A stretch of DNA of 64,000 bases from a bacterium (GTDB taxonomy: Bacteria > Patescibacteriota > Minisyncoccia > Minisyncoccales > CG1-02-41-26), in NCBI GenBank assembly GCA_030616605.1, contig JAUWWY010000001.1, positions 68,251-132,250 of the forward strand. The letters run 5' to 3'. The notes beneath the pieces are model-generated. The model was given only the letters and a program-made list of their open reading frames with translations, did no database searches and was not told the DNA's origin. A program made the position numbers and the translations under genes. How positions within the stretch are numbered: the stretch's first letter is position 1; every line of letters begins with the position of its first letter. Below are positions 55,239 to 64,000 of the stretch, in pieces.

Positions 55239-58200
55239 TCATTCTTCAACTATTTCTTCAATGTTTTCGCAGATTAACTTAGGGGAATCGCGCCAATTCT
55301 CAACTTTACCGGTAACAAAAACGATTTTATTTTCTTGAAAAGCAGTTGGATTTCTTTCAATAATTTTTGAAAAAACAACAACCTCAATTTTGTCAGTTAA
55401 GTCTTCTAATTCCATAAATAACATTGGTTCACCTTTTTTGGTTAAGACTTTTTTAATTGAGAAAATTATTCCTCCCACCCTTATTTTTTGATCAAATATT
55501 CCGTTTCTTAATTCTTGAAGAGGCAAGGTTCTTTTTTCCAGAACTTTTTTGAAACTCTCTAAGGGATGAGCAGAGATATAAAGTCCCAAAAGCTCTTTTT
55601 CCCATAAGAGTTTTTGATTTAAAGAAACAAGTTTTATCTCTTTAAGTCTTAAAGAAGAAGGGGATAAAGCCGAACCTTTAGCAAACAAACTTTTTTGGCC
55701 GGAATTGTTCATTTTTCTGATTTCTCGATTAAAGTTTAAAATTTCTTCAATGTTTTGAAGTAACTTATTTCTTTCCTCAAACTTATCAAAAGCCCCGGTT
55801 TTAATTAAGCTTTCCATAGATTTTTTGTTTAAATCTTTTGTTTCAATTCTTGAAATAAAATCAGTAAAGGAAATAAATCGTCCATTTTCTTCTCTTTCTT
55901 TAATTATTGTTTCAACAACGTTTGAACCTACGTTTTTAATAGCTCTTAATCCAAACCTTATTTTATTTTTATTAGGAATAACCGAGAAATTCCTGAAACT
56001 TTCGTTAATATCAGGAGGTAAAACTTTAATTTTCATATCTTTACATTCAGCTATTAAGAAAGCAATTCTTTCAATATCAGATTGTTCCGAGGTTAAAAGA
56101 GCAGCCATAAATTCAATCTCAAAATGGGTTTTAAGATAGGCGGTTTGGTAGGCAATCATTGCGTAAGCTGTAGCATGGGCGCGGTTAAATCCATAACTTG
56201 CAAAAGGTAGAATCCAATTCCAGATTTTTTGAGCGGTTGCTTTATCTATTTTGTTTTTAATCATTCCCTGAATAAACTTTTCTCCTTGGGCGATTAGCAA
56301 GCTTTTTATCTTTTTGCCCACTGCTTTTCTTAAAACATCAGCTTCAGAAAGGGTAAAACCGGCAAGGTCTCTGGCGATTTGCATTAATTGTTCCTGAAAA
56401 ATACAAATTCCCTGGGTTTTCTCTAAAATTGGTTCTAATTTTGGATGCAAATATTCTATTTTTTTCCTTTTATGTTTTCTATCAATATAGTCTTGAATAA
56501 ACTGGATAGGGCCCGGCCGATAAAGAGCAACCATTGCCACTATATCTTCAAAAGTATTAGGTCTAAGTTCCTTTAAATATCTTTTAAATCCCGATGATTC
56601 CAGTTGAAAAATGCCCGTGGTTTTGCCCTTTTGTAAAAGTTTATAAGTTTTTTTATCATCAAAGGGAATTTTTGAGATATCTACTTTTTTATTTTGAACT
56701 TTATAAACTCTAGCCAGAGTATCTTCAATAATAGTTAAATTTTTCAAGCCTAGAAAGTCCATCTTTAGAAGACCTAAATCTTCGATTGAGTACATTTCGT
56801 ATTGAGTAACCACGGTGTTGTCGTTTTGGGTCGGATGTTGTAAAGGAACAATCTCATCCAGGGGTTGAGAGGAGATTACGACGCCGCAAGCATGAGTTGA
56901 AGCGTGTCTGGCACAACCTTCAAGTTTTTTTGAAAAATCAATTAGTTTTTTAGCCTCATCATCGGTTTGATAGAGTTGGCGGAATTCAGAAACTCCTTTC
57001 AAGGTCTGGTCCAGGGTAAAACCAGAGGGAATAGTTTTTGCTATTTTATCGCAATAACCATAACTTAATCCCGTAACCCTTCCTACGTCTCGAATTACTG
57101 CCCTGGCCGCCATTGTTCCAAAGGTAATAATCTGAGCCACTTTATCCCGGCCATATTTTTGGGAGACGTACTCAATTACTTCATCTCTTCTTCGGTCAGT
57201 AAAATCAAGGTCAATATCAGGCATTGAGATGCGGTCTTTGTTAAGGAAGCGCTCAAAAAGTAAATTATGTTTTAAGGGATTAATTTCAGTAATTCCTAAA
57301 AAGAAAGCGACTATAGACCCTCCGACACTACCTCTTCCCGGCCCGACAACAATATGATTTTTCTTTGCCCATTGGACAAAATCCTGAACAATCAAAAAAT
57401 AAGGAGCAAAACCAGTTTCTTTAATAACCGAAAGTTCATATTCCAGTCTCTTCTCAGCTTCTTTTTTATCTTTAATCTTATCTTTTTGACTCTCTAATCC
57501 TTGATAGCAAAGTTCTTTTAAATATTGATTAGGATTTTCATTGTTTGGTGTTTCAAAATGAGGTAGTTTTATTGTTCCCAACTTAAAATTAAAGTTGCAC
57601 ATTTCAACGATTTTCTGAGTGTTTTCTATGGCTTGAGGAATGTCTTTAAAGGATTCTATCATTTGCTGAGAAGATTTCATTGAAAAATCATCAGCTTTCA
57701 TTGTTAATCTTTCGGCGTCGTCAAGTCTGGTTCCAGTATTAATTAACATTAAAATATCCTGAGCATCATTGTCCTCTGGTCTTAAATAATGGGTATCGGC
57801 AGTAGCTACCAAGGGAATAGCTAATTTTTTGGAGAATTCAATTAAAACTTTATTTATTTTTGTCAGCTCTTTGATATTTGGGTGGTGTTGAATTTCTAAA
57901 TAAAAATTGTCTTTCCCAAAAACCCCTTGATATCTTAAAGCTAATTTTTCAGCCTCCTCAATTTTATTAGCTAAAATTAATTGAGGAATTTTCCCAACCA
58001 TACACCCAGAAAGCATAATTAATCCCTTGGTGTGTTGAAACAATAATTTCTCATCAACCCTTGGTTTGTAATAAAACCCCTCCAAGTGAGCTTTGGTAAT
58101 AAGTTTTACCAAATTTTTATAACCTTCTTCGTTTTTTACTAAAAGAACAAAATGATATCTTTTGTCATCAATATTCGGTCTTTTCTGGTCCATTGTCTCT

Positions 58201-58415
58201 TTAGCTAAATATAATTCTGAACCAATTATCGGTTTTATATTTCTTGCTCTGGCTTTTTTATAAAACTCGACTGCTCCATACAAAACTCCATGGTCAGTTA
58301 AAGCACAGGAATCCATTCCTAACTCCTTAACCCTATCTAAAAGATGGTCTATCTGAGGTAAACCATCTAATAAACTGTAATGAGAATGGACATGAAGATG
58401 GGTAAATTTTGCCAT
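55239..58415 (-). CDS. dnaE: DNA polymerase III alpha subunit
   Basis: PHP HLHVHS.YSLLDG, GPGRGS, FERFLN..R.SMPDIDLDF, KMDFLGL, YGFNRAH, C-terminal OB fold. Confidence 0.98.
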   Translation of the reverse strand: MAKFTHLHVHSHYSLLDGLPQIDHLLDRVKELGMDSCALTDHGVLYGAVEFYKKARARNIKPIIGSELYLAKETMDQKRPNIDDKRYHFVLLVKNEEGYKNLVKLITKAHLEGFYYKPRVDEKLLFQHTKGLIMLSGCMVGKIPQLILANKIEEAEKLALRYQGVFGKDNFYLEIQHHPNIKELTKINKVLIEFSKKLAIPLVATADTHYLRPEDNDAQDILMLINTGTRLDDAERLTMKADDFSMKSSQQMIESFKDIPQAIENTQKIVEMCNFNFKLGTIKLPHFETPNNENPNQYLKELCYQGLESQKDKIKDKKEAEKRLEYELSVIKETGFAPYFLIVQDFVQWAKKNHIVVGPGRGSVGGSIVAFFLGITEINPLKHNLLFERFLNKDRISMPDIDLDFTDRRRDEVIEYVSQKYGRDKVAQIITFGTMAARAVIRDVGRVTGLSYGYCDKIAKTIPSGFTLDQTLKGVSEFRQLYQTDDEAKKLIDFSKKLEGCARHASTHACGVVISSQPLDEIVPLQHPTQNDNTVVTQYEMYSIEDLGLLKMDFLGLKNLTIIEDTLARVYKVQNKKVDISKIPFDDKKTYKLLQKGKTTGIFQLESSGFKRYLKELRPNTFEDIVAMVALYRPGPIQFIQDYIDRKHKRKKIEYLHPKLEPILEKTQGICIFQEQLMQIARDLAGFTLSEADVLRKAVGKKIKSLLIAQGEKFIQGMIKNKIDKATAQKIWNWILPFASYGFNRAHATAYAMIAYQTAYLKTHFEIEFMAALLTSEQSDIERIAFLIAECKDMKIKVLPPDINESFRNFSVIPNKNKIRFGLRAIKNVGSNVVETIIKEREENGRFISFTDFISRIETKDLNKKSMESLIKTGAFDKFEERNKLLQNIEEILNFNREIRKMNNSGQKSLFAKGSALSPSSLRLKEIKLVSLNQKLLWEKELLGLYISAHPLESFKKVLEKRTLPLQELRNGIFDQKIRVGGIIFSIKKVLTKKGEPMLFMELEDLTDKIEVVVFSKIIERNPTAFQENKIVFVTGKVENWRDSPKLICENIEEIVEE

Positions 58416-58418
58416 GTT

Positions 58419-59090
58419 TTATTTAATTATTTCTTTATATTGAGCGTCTTCCAGAATTAATTCATTTTTAATTTTAGTGGTTTTCAAAATTATATTTTCA
58501 TTAATTTTTACTGATTTTAAATTGACTTTTCCACCAATAAAGGCCCCTAACATATCCAAACTCCCTTCGGCTAATGAATCTTCAAGGTCAAGGTTACCCA
58601 AAATTTTTGCATCTCGGAGGTAAATATCTCCCTTAATAATTAAACCAGCATGGTAAGCATCGTTAATTTTTATATCTTGAAGATTAATATCTTTTTTGAT
58701 TTCAGTTTTAGCTAAACTTAAAAAGCCGGAAATATTTAAACCCCTACAGTTTAAATCTCCATCAATTTTTGCTCCAACCAGATTTACCACCCCATTTATT
58801 CTGGCCCCTTCCAAGTTTAAATTTCCTTTGAGAATTGCCTGTCCAAGATAAAGAGGACCCCTTACAATTGCTTCATTTAAATTCAAATCTCCTTTTATAA
58901 TAGCACCTTCCAAATAAAGAGGTCCAAGAATAACTACTGTTTCAAGATTTAATCCTCTTTCAATTATTTTTTCCTGAAGAGAAAGAGAAGCCAAAACTTT
59001 GCCCCGGAAATCTACGTTTCTCTCTTCAAGAGAGGCCATTCTTAATTCTTCTTCAATATCAGCTTGATTTAAAATATTTTTATCAGGCAT
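58419..59090 (-). CDS. Hypothetical beta-solenoid repeat protein
   Basis: About 11-aa periodic repeats GxLxLxxAxI (GPLYLEGAIIK GDLNLNEAIVR GPLYLGQAILK GNLNLEGARIN). Confidence 0.7.
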   Translation of the reverse strand: MPDKNILNQADIEEELRMASLEERNVDFRGKVLASLSLQEKIIERGLNLETVVILGPLYLEGAIIKGDLNLNEAIVRGPLYLGQAILKGNLNLEGARINGVVNLVGAKIDGDLNCRGLNISGFLSLAKTEIKKDINLQDIKINDAYHAGLIIKGDIYLRDAKILGNLDLEDSLAEGSLDMLGAFIGGKVNLKSVKINENIILKTTKIKNELILEDAQYKEIIK

Positions 59091-59188
59091 TAATTTCTGT
59101 TAAAATTAAATAATTAGTCTATTTTAACTGATTTTGAAAAATTAGTCTATATAAGCGCTCGGCAATAGAATTATTAAATTAGTATAGC

Positions 59189-59824
59189 ATGACAAATAAT
59201 TTTTCTCAAAAAAGAAGCAACTATATTCTGGTTGGTATAGACGAAGTGGGAAGAGGACCTCTTGCAGGGCCTGTTACTGCTGCTGCAGTGACTATTAATT
59301 CTGCTAATATCAAATATCAAAAATCAAAAATCAAAAATATTTCAAAAGAGATTAAAGATTCAAAAAGATTAAGTTCTAAAAAGAGAGAAGAAATTTATAA
59401 AATTTTAAAAAATCAGCCTGAAGTTGAATGGGGAATAGGTAGAGTTTCAGAAAAAGTTATTGATAAGATAAATATTCTTCAAGCGACAAAATTAGCAATG
59501 GTAAGAGCGACCAGGAATTTAGAAAATAAAATTGGTAGAAAAATTAATTTTTTAATAATTGACGGCAATTTTAGTATTGATTTAGCGATTCCTCAAAAAT
59601 CAATCATAAAAGGAGATGAAAAAGTTTTTTTAATAAAACTTTCCTCTGTTATTGCTAAAATAACAAGAGATAAAATGATGTTGAGATATCATAAAAAATA
59701 TCCGAAATACAGGTTTGATAAACATAAAGGATACGGAACAAAACTCCATTTAGAGAGTTTAGAAAAATATGGACCCTCTAAGATTCACCGTAAGAGTTTC
59801 CGTCCAGTAAGAGAACTATTGTAA
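59189..59824 (+). CDS. rnhB: Ribonuclease HII
   Basis: GIDEVGRGPLAGPV, DSKRLS, INILQAT..AM, IDGN, AK.TRD, HKGYGT, HRKSF. Confidence 0.96.
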   Translation: MTNNFSQKRSNYILVGIDEVGRGPLAGPVTAAAVTINSANIKYQKSKIKNISKEIKDSKRLSSKKREEIYKILKNQPEVEWGIGRVSEKVIDKINILQATKLAMVRATRNLENKIGRKINFLIIDGNFSIDLAIPQKSIIKGDEKVFLIKLSSVIAKITRDKMMLRYHKKYPKYRFDKHKGYGTKLHLESLEKYGPSKIHRKSFRPVRELL

Positions 59825-59853
59825 GATTCAGGTCTTTATGATAGATTAGACAT

Positions 59854-60147
59854 ATGGCAGTACCCAAAAAACACACAACAAAGTCAAAAAGGAATAAAAA
59901 AAGAATGCATATTTTTTTAAAAACTCCTACTTCAGTTTCTTGTCCTCACTGTGGAAAACCAAAACTTCCTCATAGAGTTTGTAAAAACTGTGGCTATTAT
60001 AAAGAAACTGAAGTTTTGGATGTTCTCGGGAAATTAGAAAAGAAAGAGAAGAAAAAGAGAGAGAAAGAAATAAAAGAAAGAGAAAGAGAAAAAAGAGAAA
60101 AGGAGAAACCATTAACATTAGAAGAATTATCAAAAAAGAAATTTTAA
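59854..60147 (+). CDS. rpmF: 50S ribosomal protein L32 with charged C-terminal extension
   Basis: [24 protein letters not shown]. Confidence 0.96.
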   Translation: MAVPKKHTTKSKRNKKRMHIFLKTPTSVSCPHCGKPKLPHRVCKNCGYYKETEVLDVLGKLEKKEKKKREKEIKEREREKREKEKPLTLEELSKKKF

Positions 60148-60151
60148 ATTT

Positions 60152-60577
60152 ATGGCATCAAGACATTTAGCTCGTTCCATTGTTTTACAGTCGTTGTTTG
60201 AATGGGATTTTTACGAAAAAAAACCGGATTTTAAGAAGATTTTAGAAAGAAACATAAAAAAATTCGGGGGAAGCTTTAATGAAGTTAATTTTGTTAATTC
60301 TTTGGCTAAGGGTCTTATTAAACATCTTCCAAAAATTGATAAAGTTATTAAAGAATCGGCGCCAGAGCGACCAATTGACCAATTAAGTATTATTGACCGC
60401 AATGTTTTGAGAATTGGTCTTTATGAATTATTATATGCCGATAAAAAAGAAGTACCCCCAAAAGTTGCTATCAATGAAGCAATTGAGTTGGCAAAAAGTT
60501 TTGGTGGTGAAAGTTCGGGGAAATTTATTAATGGCGTATTGGGAACAGTTTACAAAGAAGTACAAAAAAACACATGA
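60152..60577 (+). CDS. nusB: Transcription antitermination factor NusB
   Basis: [41 protein letters not shown]. Confidence 0.96.
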   Translation: MASRHLARSIVLQSLFEWDFYEKKPDFKKILERNIKKFGGSFNEVNFVNSLAKGLIKHLPKIDKVIKESAPERPIDQLSIIDRNVLRIGLYELLYADKKEVPPKVAINEAIELAKSFGGESSGKFINGVLGTVYKEVQKNT

Positions 60578-61260
60578 AAGATTTTGCAAAGCTTGAAGAA
60601 AATTTAGGTATTAAATTTAAAAATAGGGATTTACTAATTCAGGCTTTTTGCCATCGCTCTTATTCAAATGAGAATCCCAATTTTTATTTAGATAATAATG
60701 AAAGATTAGAATTTTTGGGTGATGCTGTCTTAGAGTTGATTGTTACCGATTATCTTTACCAAAATTATCAAGATCCAGAAGGGGAATTAACTGTCTGGAG
60801 AGCAGCTTTGGTTAATTCTCAAAAGTTAGCTGATATTGCCCGGAGTCTTGAGTTTGAGGATTATCTTTTGTTAAGTAAAGGAGAGATAAAAGATACTGGA
60901 AAAGCTCGAAATTATATTTTAGCTAATACTTTTGAGGCATTTTTAGGGGCTTTCTATCTGGACCAGGGTTATGAAAAAACTCGGAAATTTGTTGAGAATA
61001 AATTGCTTTCTCAACTGCCAGAGATTTTGAAAGAGGGAATTTGGCGGGATTTTAAATCTCAATTTCAGGAAATAGCTCAAGAAAAAATGAAGATTACTCC
61101 CAATTATAAACTTTTGAAGGAAAAGGGACCGGACCATGTAAAACATTTTACAGTAGGGGCTTTTTTAAATGATGAGTTGGTCTCCAAGGGAGAAGGTTCT
61201 TCAAAACAAGAAGCAGAAGAGCAAGCCGCCCAAAAAGCTCTAAAGACAAAAAACTGGTAA
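60574..61260 (+). CDS. rnc: Ribonuclease III
   Basis: [27 protein letters not shown]-terminal dsRBD. Confidence 0.97.
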   Translation: MKDFAKLEENLGIKFKNRDLLIQAFCHRSYSNENPNFYLDNNERLEFLGDAVLELIVTDYLYQNYQDPEGELTVWRAALVNSQKLADIARSLEFEDYLLLSKGEIKDTGKARNYILANTFEAFLGAFYLDQGYEKTRKFVENKLLSQLPEILKEGIWRDFKSQFQEIAQEKMKITPNYKLLKEKGPDHVKHFTVGAFLNDELVSKGEGSSKQEAEEQAAQKALKTKNW

Positions 61261-61272
61261 GAAATACAATTT

Positions 61273-61632
61273 ATGTTAGTAATAAGATTTTTAAGAATTG
61301 GTAAAAAAAATCAGCCATTTTTCAGAATCGTGGTAACCGACAAAAAAAATCCTCCTCAAGGAGGCAGATTTTTAGAGGTGCTTGGATTTTTAAATCCTTT
61401 GACAAAAGAAAAAAAATTAAAGAAAGAAAGAATTAAATATTGGCTCAGTGTGGGAGCTCAACCCTCGGATAGTTTATATAATTTACTGATTAAGGAAAAA
61501 ATAATTACAGGAGAAAAAAGAGACGTTCACAAAAAAGCAAAAGAGAAAGAGAAGCCAAAAGAGAAAGAGAAGCCAAAAGAGAAAGAGAAGCCAAAAGAAG
61601 AAAAGAAACCAGAAGAAGAAAAACCAAAATAG
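61273..61632 (+). CDS. rpsP: 30S ribosomal protein S16 with KEKEKP-repeat tail
   Basis: IRFLRIGKKNQPFFRIVV.D..G.FLE.LG..NP..WL.VGAQPS. Confidence 0.96.
   Translation: MLVIRFLRIGKKNQPFFRIVVTDKKNPPQGGRFLEVLGFLNPLTKEKKLKKERIKYWLSVGAQPSDSLYNLLIKEKIITGEKRDVHKKAKEKEKPKEKEKPKEKEKPKEEKKPEEEKPK
61538..61598 (+). repeat. 18-bp tandem repeat (about 3.4 copies) in rpsP
   Basis: CAAAAGAGAAAGAGAAGC x3 + CAAAAGA. Confidence 0.9.
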
Positions 61633-61671
61633 TCTTGACATTTTACTTTAAATAAGTAAAATAATAGGATA

Positions 61672-61743
61672 AGTAGCTTTTTCAGTTAGACCGATTCTCT
61701 GATTGATTGATAGAGAGAGAATCGCTGAAAAGGTCGGGCTACT
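61672..61743 (+). promoter_or_regulatory. Structured 5' leader / candidate cis-regulatory RNA upstream of khpA
   Basis: Nested stems AGTAGC/GCTACT, TTTTCAG/CTGAAAA, CGATTCTCT/AGAGAATCG downstream of TTGACA(61635)..TAAAAT(61657). Confidence 0.5.
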
Positions 61744-61786
61744 GGTAATTAAAGATTGATGAAATCAAAGATTTTCTTGTAATTTT

Positions 61787-62101
61787 ATGGCAAAAGAAAA
61801 TGATAGAGAATTTCTTGAATACGTAGTTAAAGCTTTAGTTGATAATCCCAAAGATGTCACAATTGATAGAAAAGTTGACGAAATGGGAGTTTTACTCAGC
61901 TTGAAAGTCCACGCTGACGACATGGGTCAAATTGTCGGTAAGGGTGGTTCAACTGCTAGATCTATCCGAAATCTTGTTCGGATAATTGGTCTCAAGAATC
62001 ATGCCAGAGTTAATCTTAAGATTGAGGAGCCAGAAGGCGGAAAAAGAGAGCCAAAAGAAAGCTCTGAAGAAAAAGGAGATTTAGAAAACCTTAATCTCTA
62101 A
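61787..62101 (+). CDS. khpA: KH-domain RNA-binding protein KhpA
   Basis: VKALVDNP.DV, L.VH.DDMGQIVGKGG.TARSIR; position after rpsP. Confidence 0.92.
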   Translation: MAKENDREFLEYVVKALVDNPKDVTIDRKVDEMGVLLSLKVHADDMGQIVGKGGSTARSIRNLVRIIGLKNHARVNLKIEEPEGGKREPKESSEEKGDLENLNL

Positions 62102-62211
62102 AATTCATAAGAGTTCGCCAAACTCATTATCTGGGCGAACCAACAGATTGAATTTTTTGAAAACGGTGCTACTATAAAAGTGGTGCCGTTTTCGTTTTTA
62201 TTTTCGTTTTT

Positions 62212-62901
62212 ATGAAATTTGATGTTATTACAATATTCCCAGAAATTTTTGATTTCTATTTTAAACATTCAATTATTAAAAAAGCTCAAAAAAAAGGAGC
62301 CATAAAAATTCAAGTTCATAATCTCAGAGATTTCACCAGCGATAAACACAAGAGTGTTGATGACAAACCCTTTGGTGGGGGCAGAGGAATGGTATTAAAA
62401 ATTGAACCTATCTATAAAGCAGTTCAATTTTTAAAAAATCAAAAATTAAAAATTAAAAATAAAAAAGATAAAAAAACTAAAGTAATTTTGTTTACTCCGA
62501 GAGGGAAAAAGTTTAATCAGAAAATGGCTACTGAGTTTGCAAAGCTTGACCAAGTAATTTTGATTTGTGGCAGGTATGAAGCAATAGATGAAAGGGTGGC
62601 AAAATATATTGCTGATGAGAAAATTTCAATAGGGGATTATGTTTTAATGGGGGGTGAGCTGCCTGCCTTGGTATTAATGGAAACTGTAGCCAGATTGGTG
62701 CCAGGAGTTATTGAAAAATCTGAATTATTAAAAGAAAGAATTACCAAAAAGAAAGGATTTATAGAATATCCTCAATATACCAGACCAGAGCTATTCGAGC
62801 CCCAGAAAGATAAGAAATGGCGGGTGCCTAAAGTTCTTTTATCTGGCAATCATAAGAAAATCGAGGAATGGCGGGAAAAACAGAGCAAAATTATTGAATA
62901 G
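62212..62901 (+). CDS. trmD: tRNA (guanine37-N1)-methyltransferase
   Basis: ITIFPE, VDDKPFGGG.GMV, CGRYE.IDER, SIGDYVL.GGE, EYPQYTRP, LLSGNH. Confidence 0.97.
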   Translation: MKFDVITIFPEIFDFYFKHSIIKKAQKKGAIKIQVHNLRDFTSDKHKSVDDKPFGGGRGMVLKIEPIYKAVQFLKNQKLKIKNKKDKKTKVILFTPRGKKFNQKMATEFAKLDQVILICGRYEAIDERVAKYIADEKISIGDYVLMGGELPALVLMETVARLVPGVIEKSELLKERITKKKGFIEYPQYTRPELFEPQKDKKWRVPKVLLSGNHKKIEEWREKQSKIIE

Positions 62902-62930
62902 AGAAAATTTTTTGCTAGAATTTCAATAAA

Positions 62931-63013
62931 GGGTAGGTGCCAGAGTGGTCAATTGGACGTGGCTGTAAACCACGCGGCTTCGGCCTACGGGGGTTCGAAT
63001 CCCTCCCTACCCA
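62931..63013 (+). tRNA. tRNA-Tyr (GTA)
   Basis: GGGTAGG/CCTACCC acceptor, CGTGG-CTGTAAA-CCACG, long variable arm, GGTTCGAATCC. Confidence 0.93.
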
Positions 63014-63015
63014 TT

Positions 63016-63088
63016 GCCGATGTAGCTCAGTTGGTAGAGCATGCGCATGGTAAGCGCAAGGTCCGCGGTTCAATCCCGCGCGTCGGCT
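63016..63088 (+). tRNA. tRNA-Thr (GGT)
   Basis: GCCGATG/CGTCGGC acceptor, TGCGC-ATGGTAA-GCGCA, GGTTCAATCCC. Confidence 0.92.
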
Positions 63089-63091
63089 CAT

Positions 63092-63253
63092 ATGGCAAAA
63101 AAAAGAAAACCATTTGTAAGACTTCAATGCCAGGAATGTAAAAGGATTAATTATTATATTAAAAAATCAAAGGGTCTTGAGGATAAATTAGAATTGAAAA
63201 AATTCTGTAAATGGTGCAGAAAGCATACTTTACACAAAGAGATGAAGAAATAA
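63092..63253 (+). CDS. rpmG: 50S ribosomal protein L33 (zinc form)
   Basis: MAKK..LQCQECKRINY..LELKKFCKWCRKHTLHKE; ATG 63092 just after tRNA-Thr. Confidence 0.96.
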   Translation: MAKKRKPFVRLQCQECKRINYYIKKSKGLEDKLELKKFCKWCRKHTLHKEMKK

Positions 63254-63304
63254 AAAAGCCCTCCAGACGAATCCAGAGAGCCTTACAACGAGTGGAATTT
63301 TTCT

Positions 63305-63505
63305 TCAGGAAAACTCTAGAACTCCCAATCCCAGAAGAATTCCTAAGAGGGCTAAGAGAACTCTATATTCCCAATGAGCGTTTTTTGCCCATACAACTAA
63401 GCCAATACGAGGAATTTCTTTTGGAGACACAGCCAATGCTATGCTGAATACAGACACTACTAACGCAAAGATTTTAATCCCCGAAGACAAAGTTTCAGCT
63501 GTCAT
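63305..63505 (-). CDS. Small two-TM membrane protein (66 aa)
   Basis: SD AAAGGAG before ATG 63505; promoter TTGACA..TGCTATTAT at 63553-63582 (minus strand). Confidence 0.6.
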   Translation of the reverse strand: MTAETLSSGIKIFALVVSVFSIALAVSPKEIPRIGLVVWAKNAHWEYRVLLALLGILLGLGVLEFS

Positions 63506-63693
63506 TTTTAATTCTCCTTTCTTATTTGATTGAATGTTAAGTTTCTGATAATATAATAGCATGTCTATATCAGTTTTGTCAAGCCGACAATTCTTGATTT
63601 GAAAAAATTCTGTAAATGAAAAAAGGAGAGATAAAAAAAGCCCCGAGTAGAATTTGATTCTACAAGGAGCTTGGTGAGAAAGAACTACTTGAT

Positions 63694-63876
63694 TTAATCT
63701 TTGAGCCACTTGTTGATCCCGATGACGACACCGCCCCATACCATATAAGTAACCTTATGGACGATGTGCGGTACTATATCAATGTCAGTGAAATTGACAC
63801 CAATCAGATTGTCAATTAGCGCTGAAATGACAGCACCGATAACAAGGACTCCGAAACAAGCGAGTAATTTTTTCAT
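63694..63876 (-). CDS. Small membrane protein (60 aa)
   Basis: SD GAAAGGA; promoter TTGACA-16-TATAAT at 63925-63952 (minus strand); hairpin terminator near 63633-63672. Confidence 0.6.
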   Translation of the reverse strand: MKKLLACFGVLVIGAVISALIDNLIGVNFTDIDIVPHIVHKVTYMVWGGVVIGINKWLKD

Positions 63877-64000
63877 GATTTTTTCCTTTCAGAAAATAGA
63901 TTGTTAATGTTCAACTCTACCTATATTATAGCATATTGATATGGTTTGTCAATGTTTTGCGCTGTGAATTCGTGACTTGAGTTGAGAAAAATTATGGATT

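Noticed and set aside
882..61146. Many short antisense or out-of-frame ORFs in the track (e.g. 882-1169, 25943-26314, 29427-29855, 35433-35801, 43543-43941)
   Set aside because: They lie wholly or mostly opposite well-supported genes and have no recognisable motifs or expression signals.
61672..61743. SRP RNA or 6S RNA
   Set aside because: Lacks the SRP domain IV GGAA tetraloop motif and is too short for 6S.
62915..63141. ORFs 62915-63127(-), 62953-63141(+) and the 63041 extension of L33
   Set aside because: They overlap tRNA-Tyr and tRNA-Thr; L33 starts at 63092.
63506..63739. 144-aa version of the 63305 ORF
   Set aside because: The extension runs through a promoter, a terminator and the neighbouring gene; the SD supports ATG 63505.

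Overview
AT-rich 64 kb window from a reduced bacterial genome. By inference it is Patescibacteria/CPR, Parcubacteria (Nealsonbacteria-like): rplK is not followed by rplA, rimM is missing from rpsP-khpA-trmD, PheT/ProS/ThrS are short forms, and core genes mostly lack Shine-Dalgarno sites. Most of it is housekeeping: alpha operon, aminoacyl-tRNA synthetases, gatCAB, gyrB, dnaE, two mreB, murA, miaAB and 5 tRNAs. The best candidate for an undescribed system is a five-gene module in the usual rplA slot after rplK (42209-45432). It encodes a transcobalamin-like DUF4430 protein, an ECF S-component-like transporter, dCTP deaminase, an MtrA-like corrinoid protein fused to DUF4346, and a divergent archaeal-type thymidylate synthase. 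Together these suggest dTMP synthesis from scavenged (methyl)cobamide rather than folate. Other notable items: (1) a ~7.9 kb island bounded by 33-35 bp direct repeats, encoding one ATP-grasp subunit, three phospho-His subunits and a methanogen-type MtxX homologue; (2) five tandem LivK-like binding proteins with near-identical ends and divergent middles; (3) pyrD/pyrF/pyrB beside tRNAs with a duplicated promoter; (4) a solo Cas4-like nuclease after rpsI; (5) single-gene cassettes with SD sites among apparently leaderless core genes; (6) small palindromic elements and 7/8-mer repeat expansions. All family assignments come from motif recognition by eye; no database searches were run.
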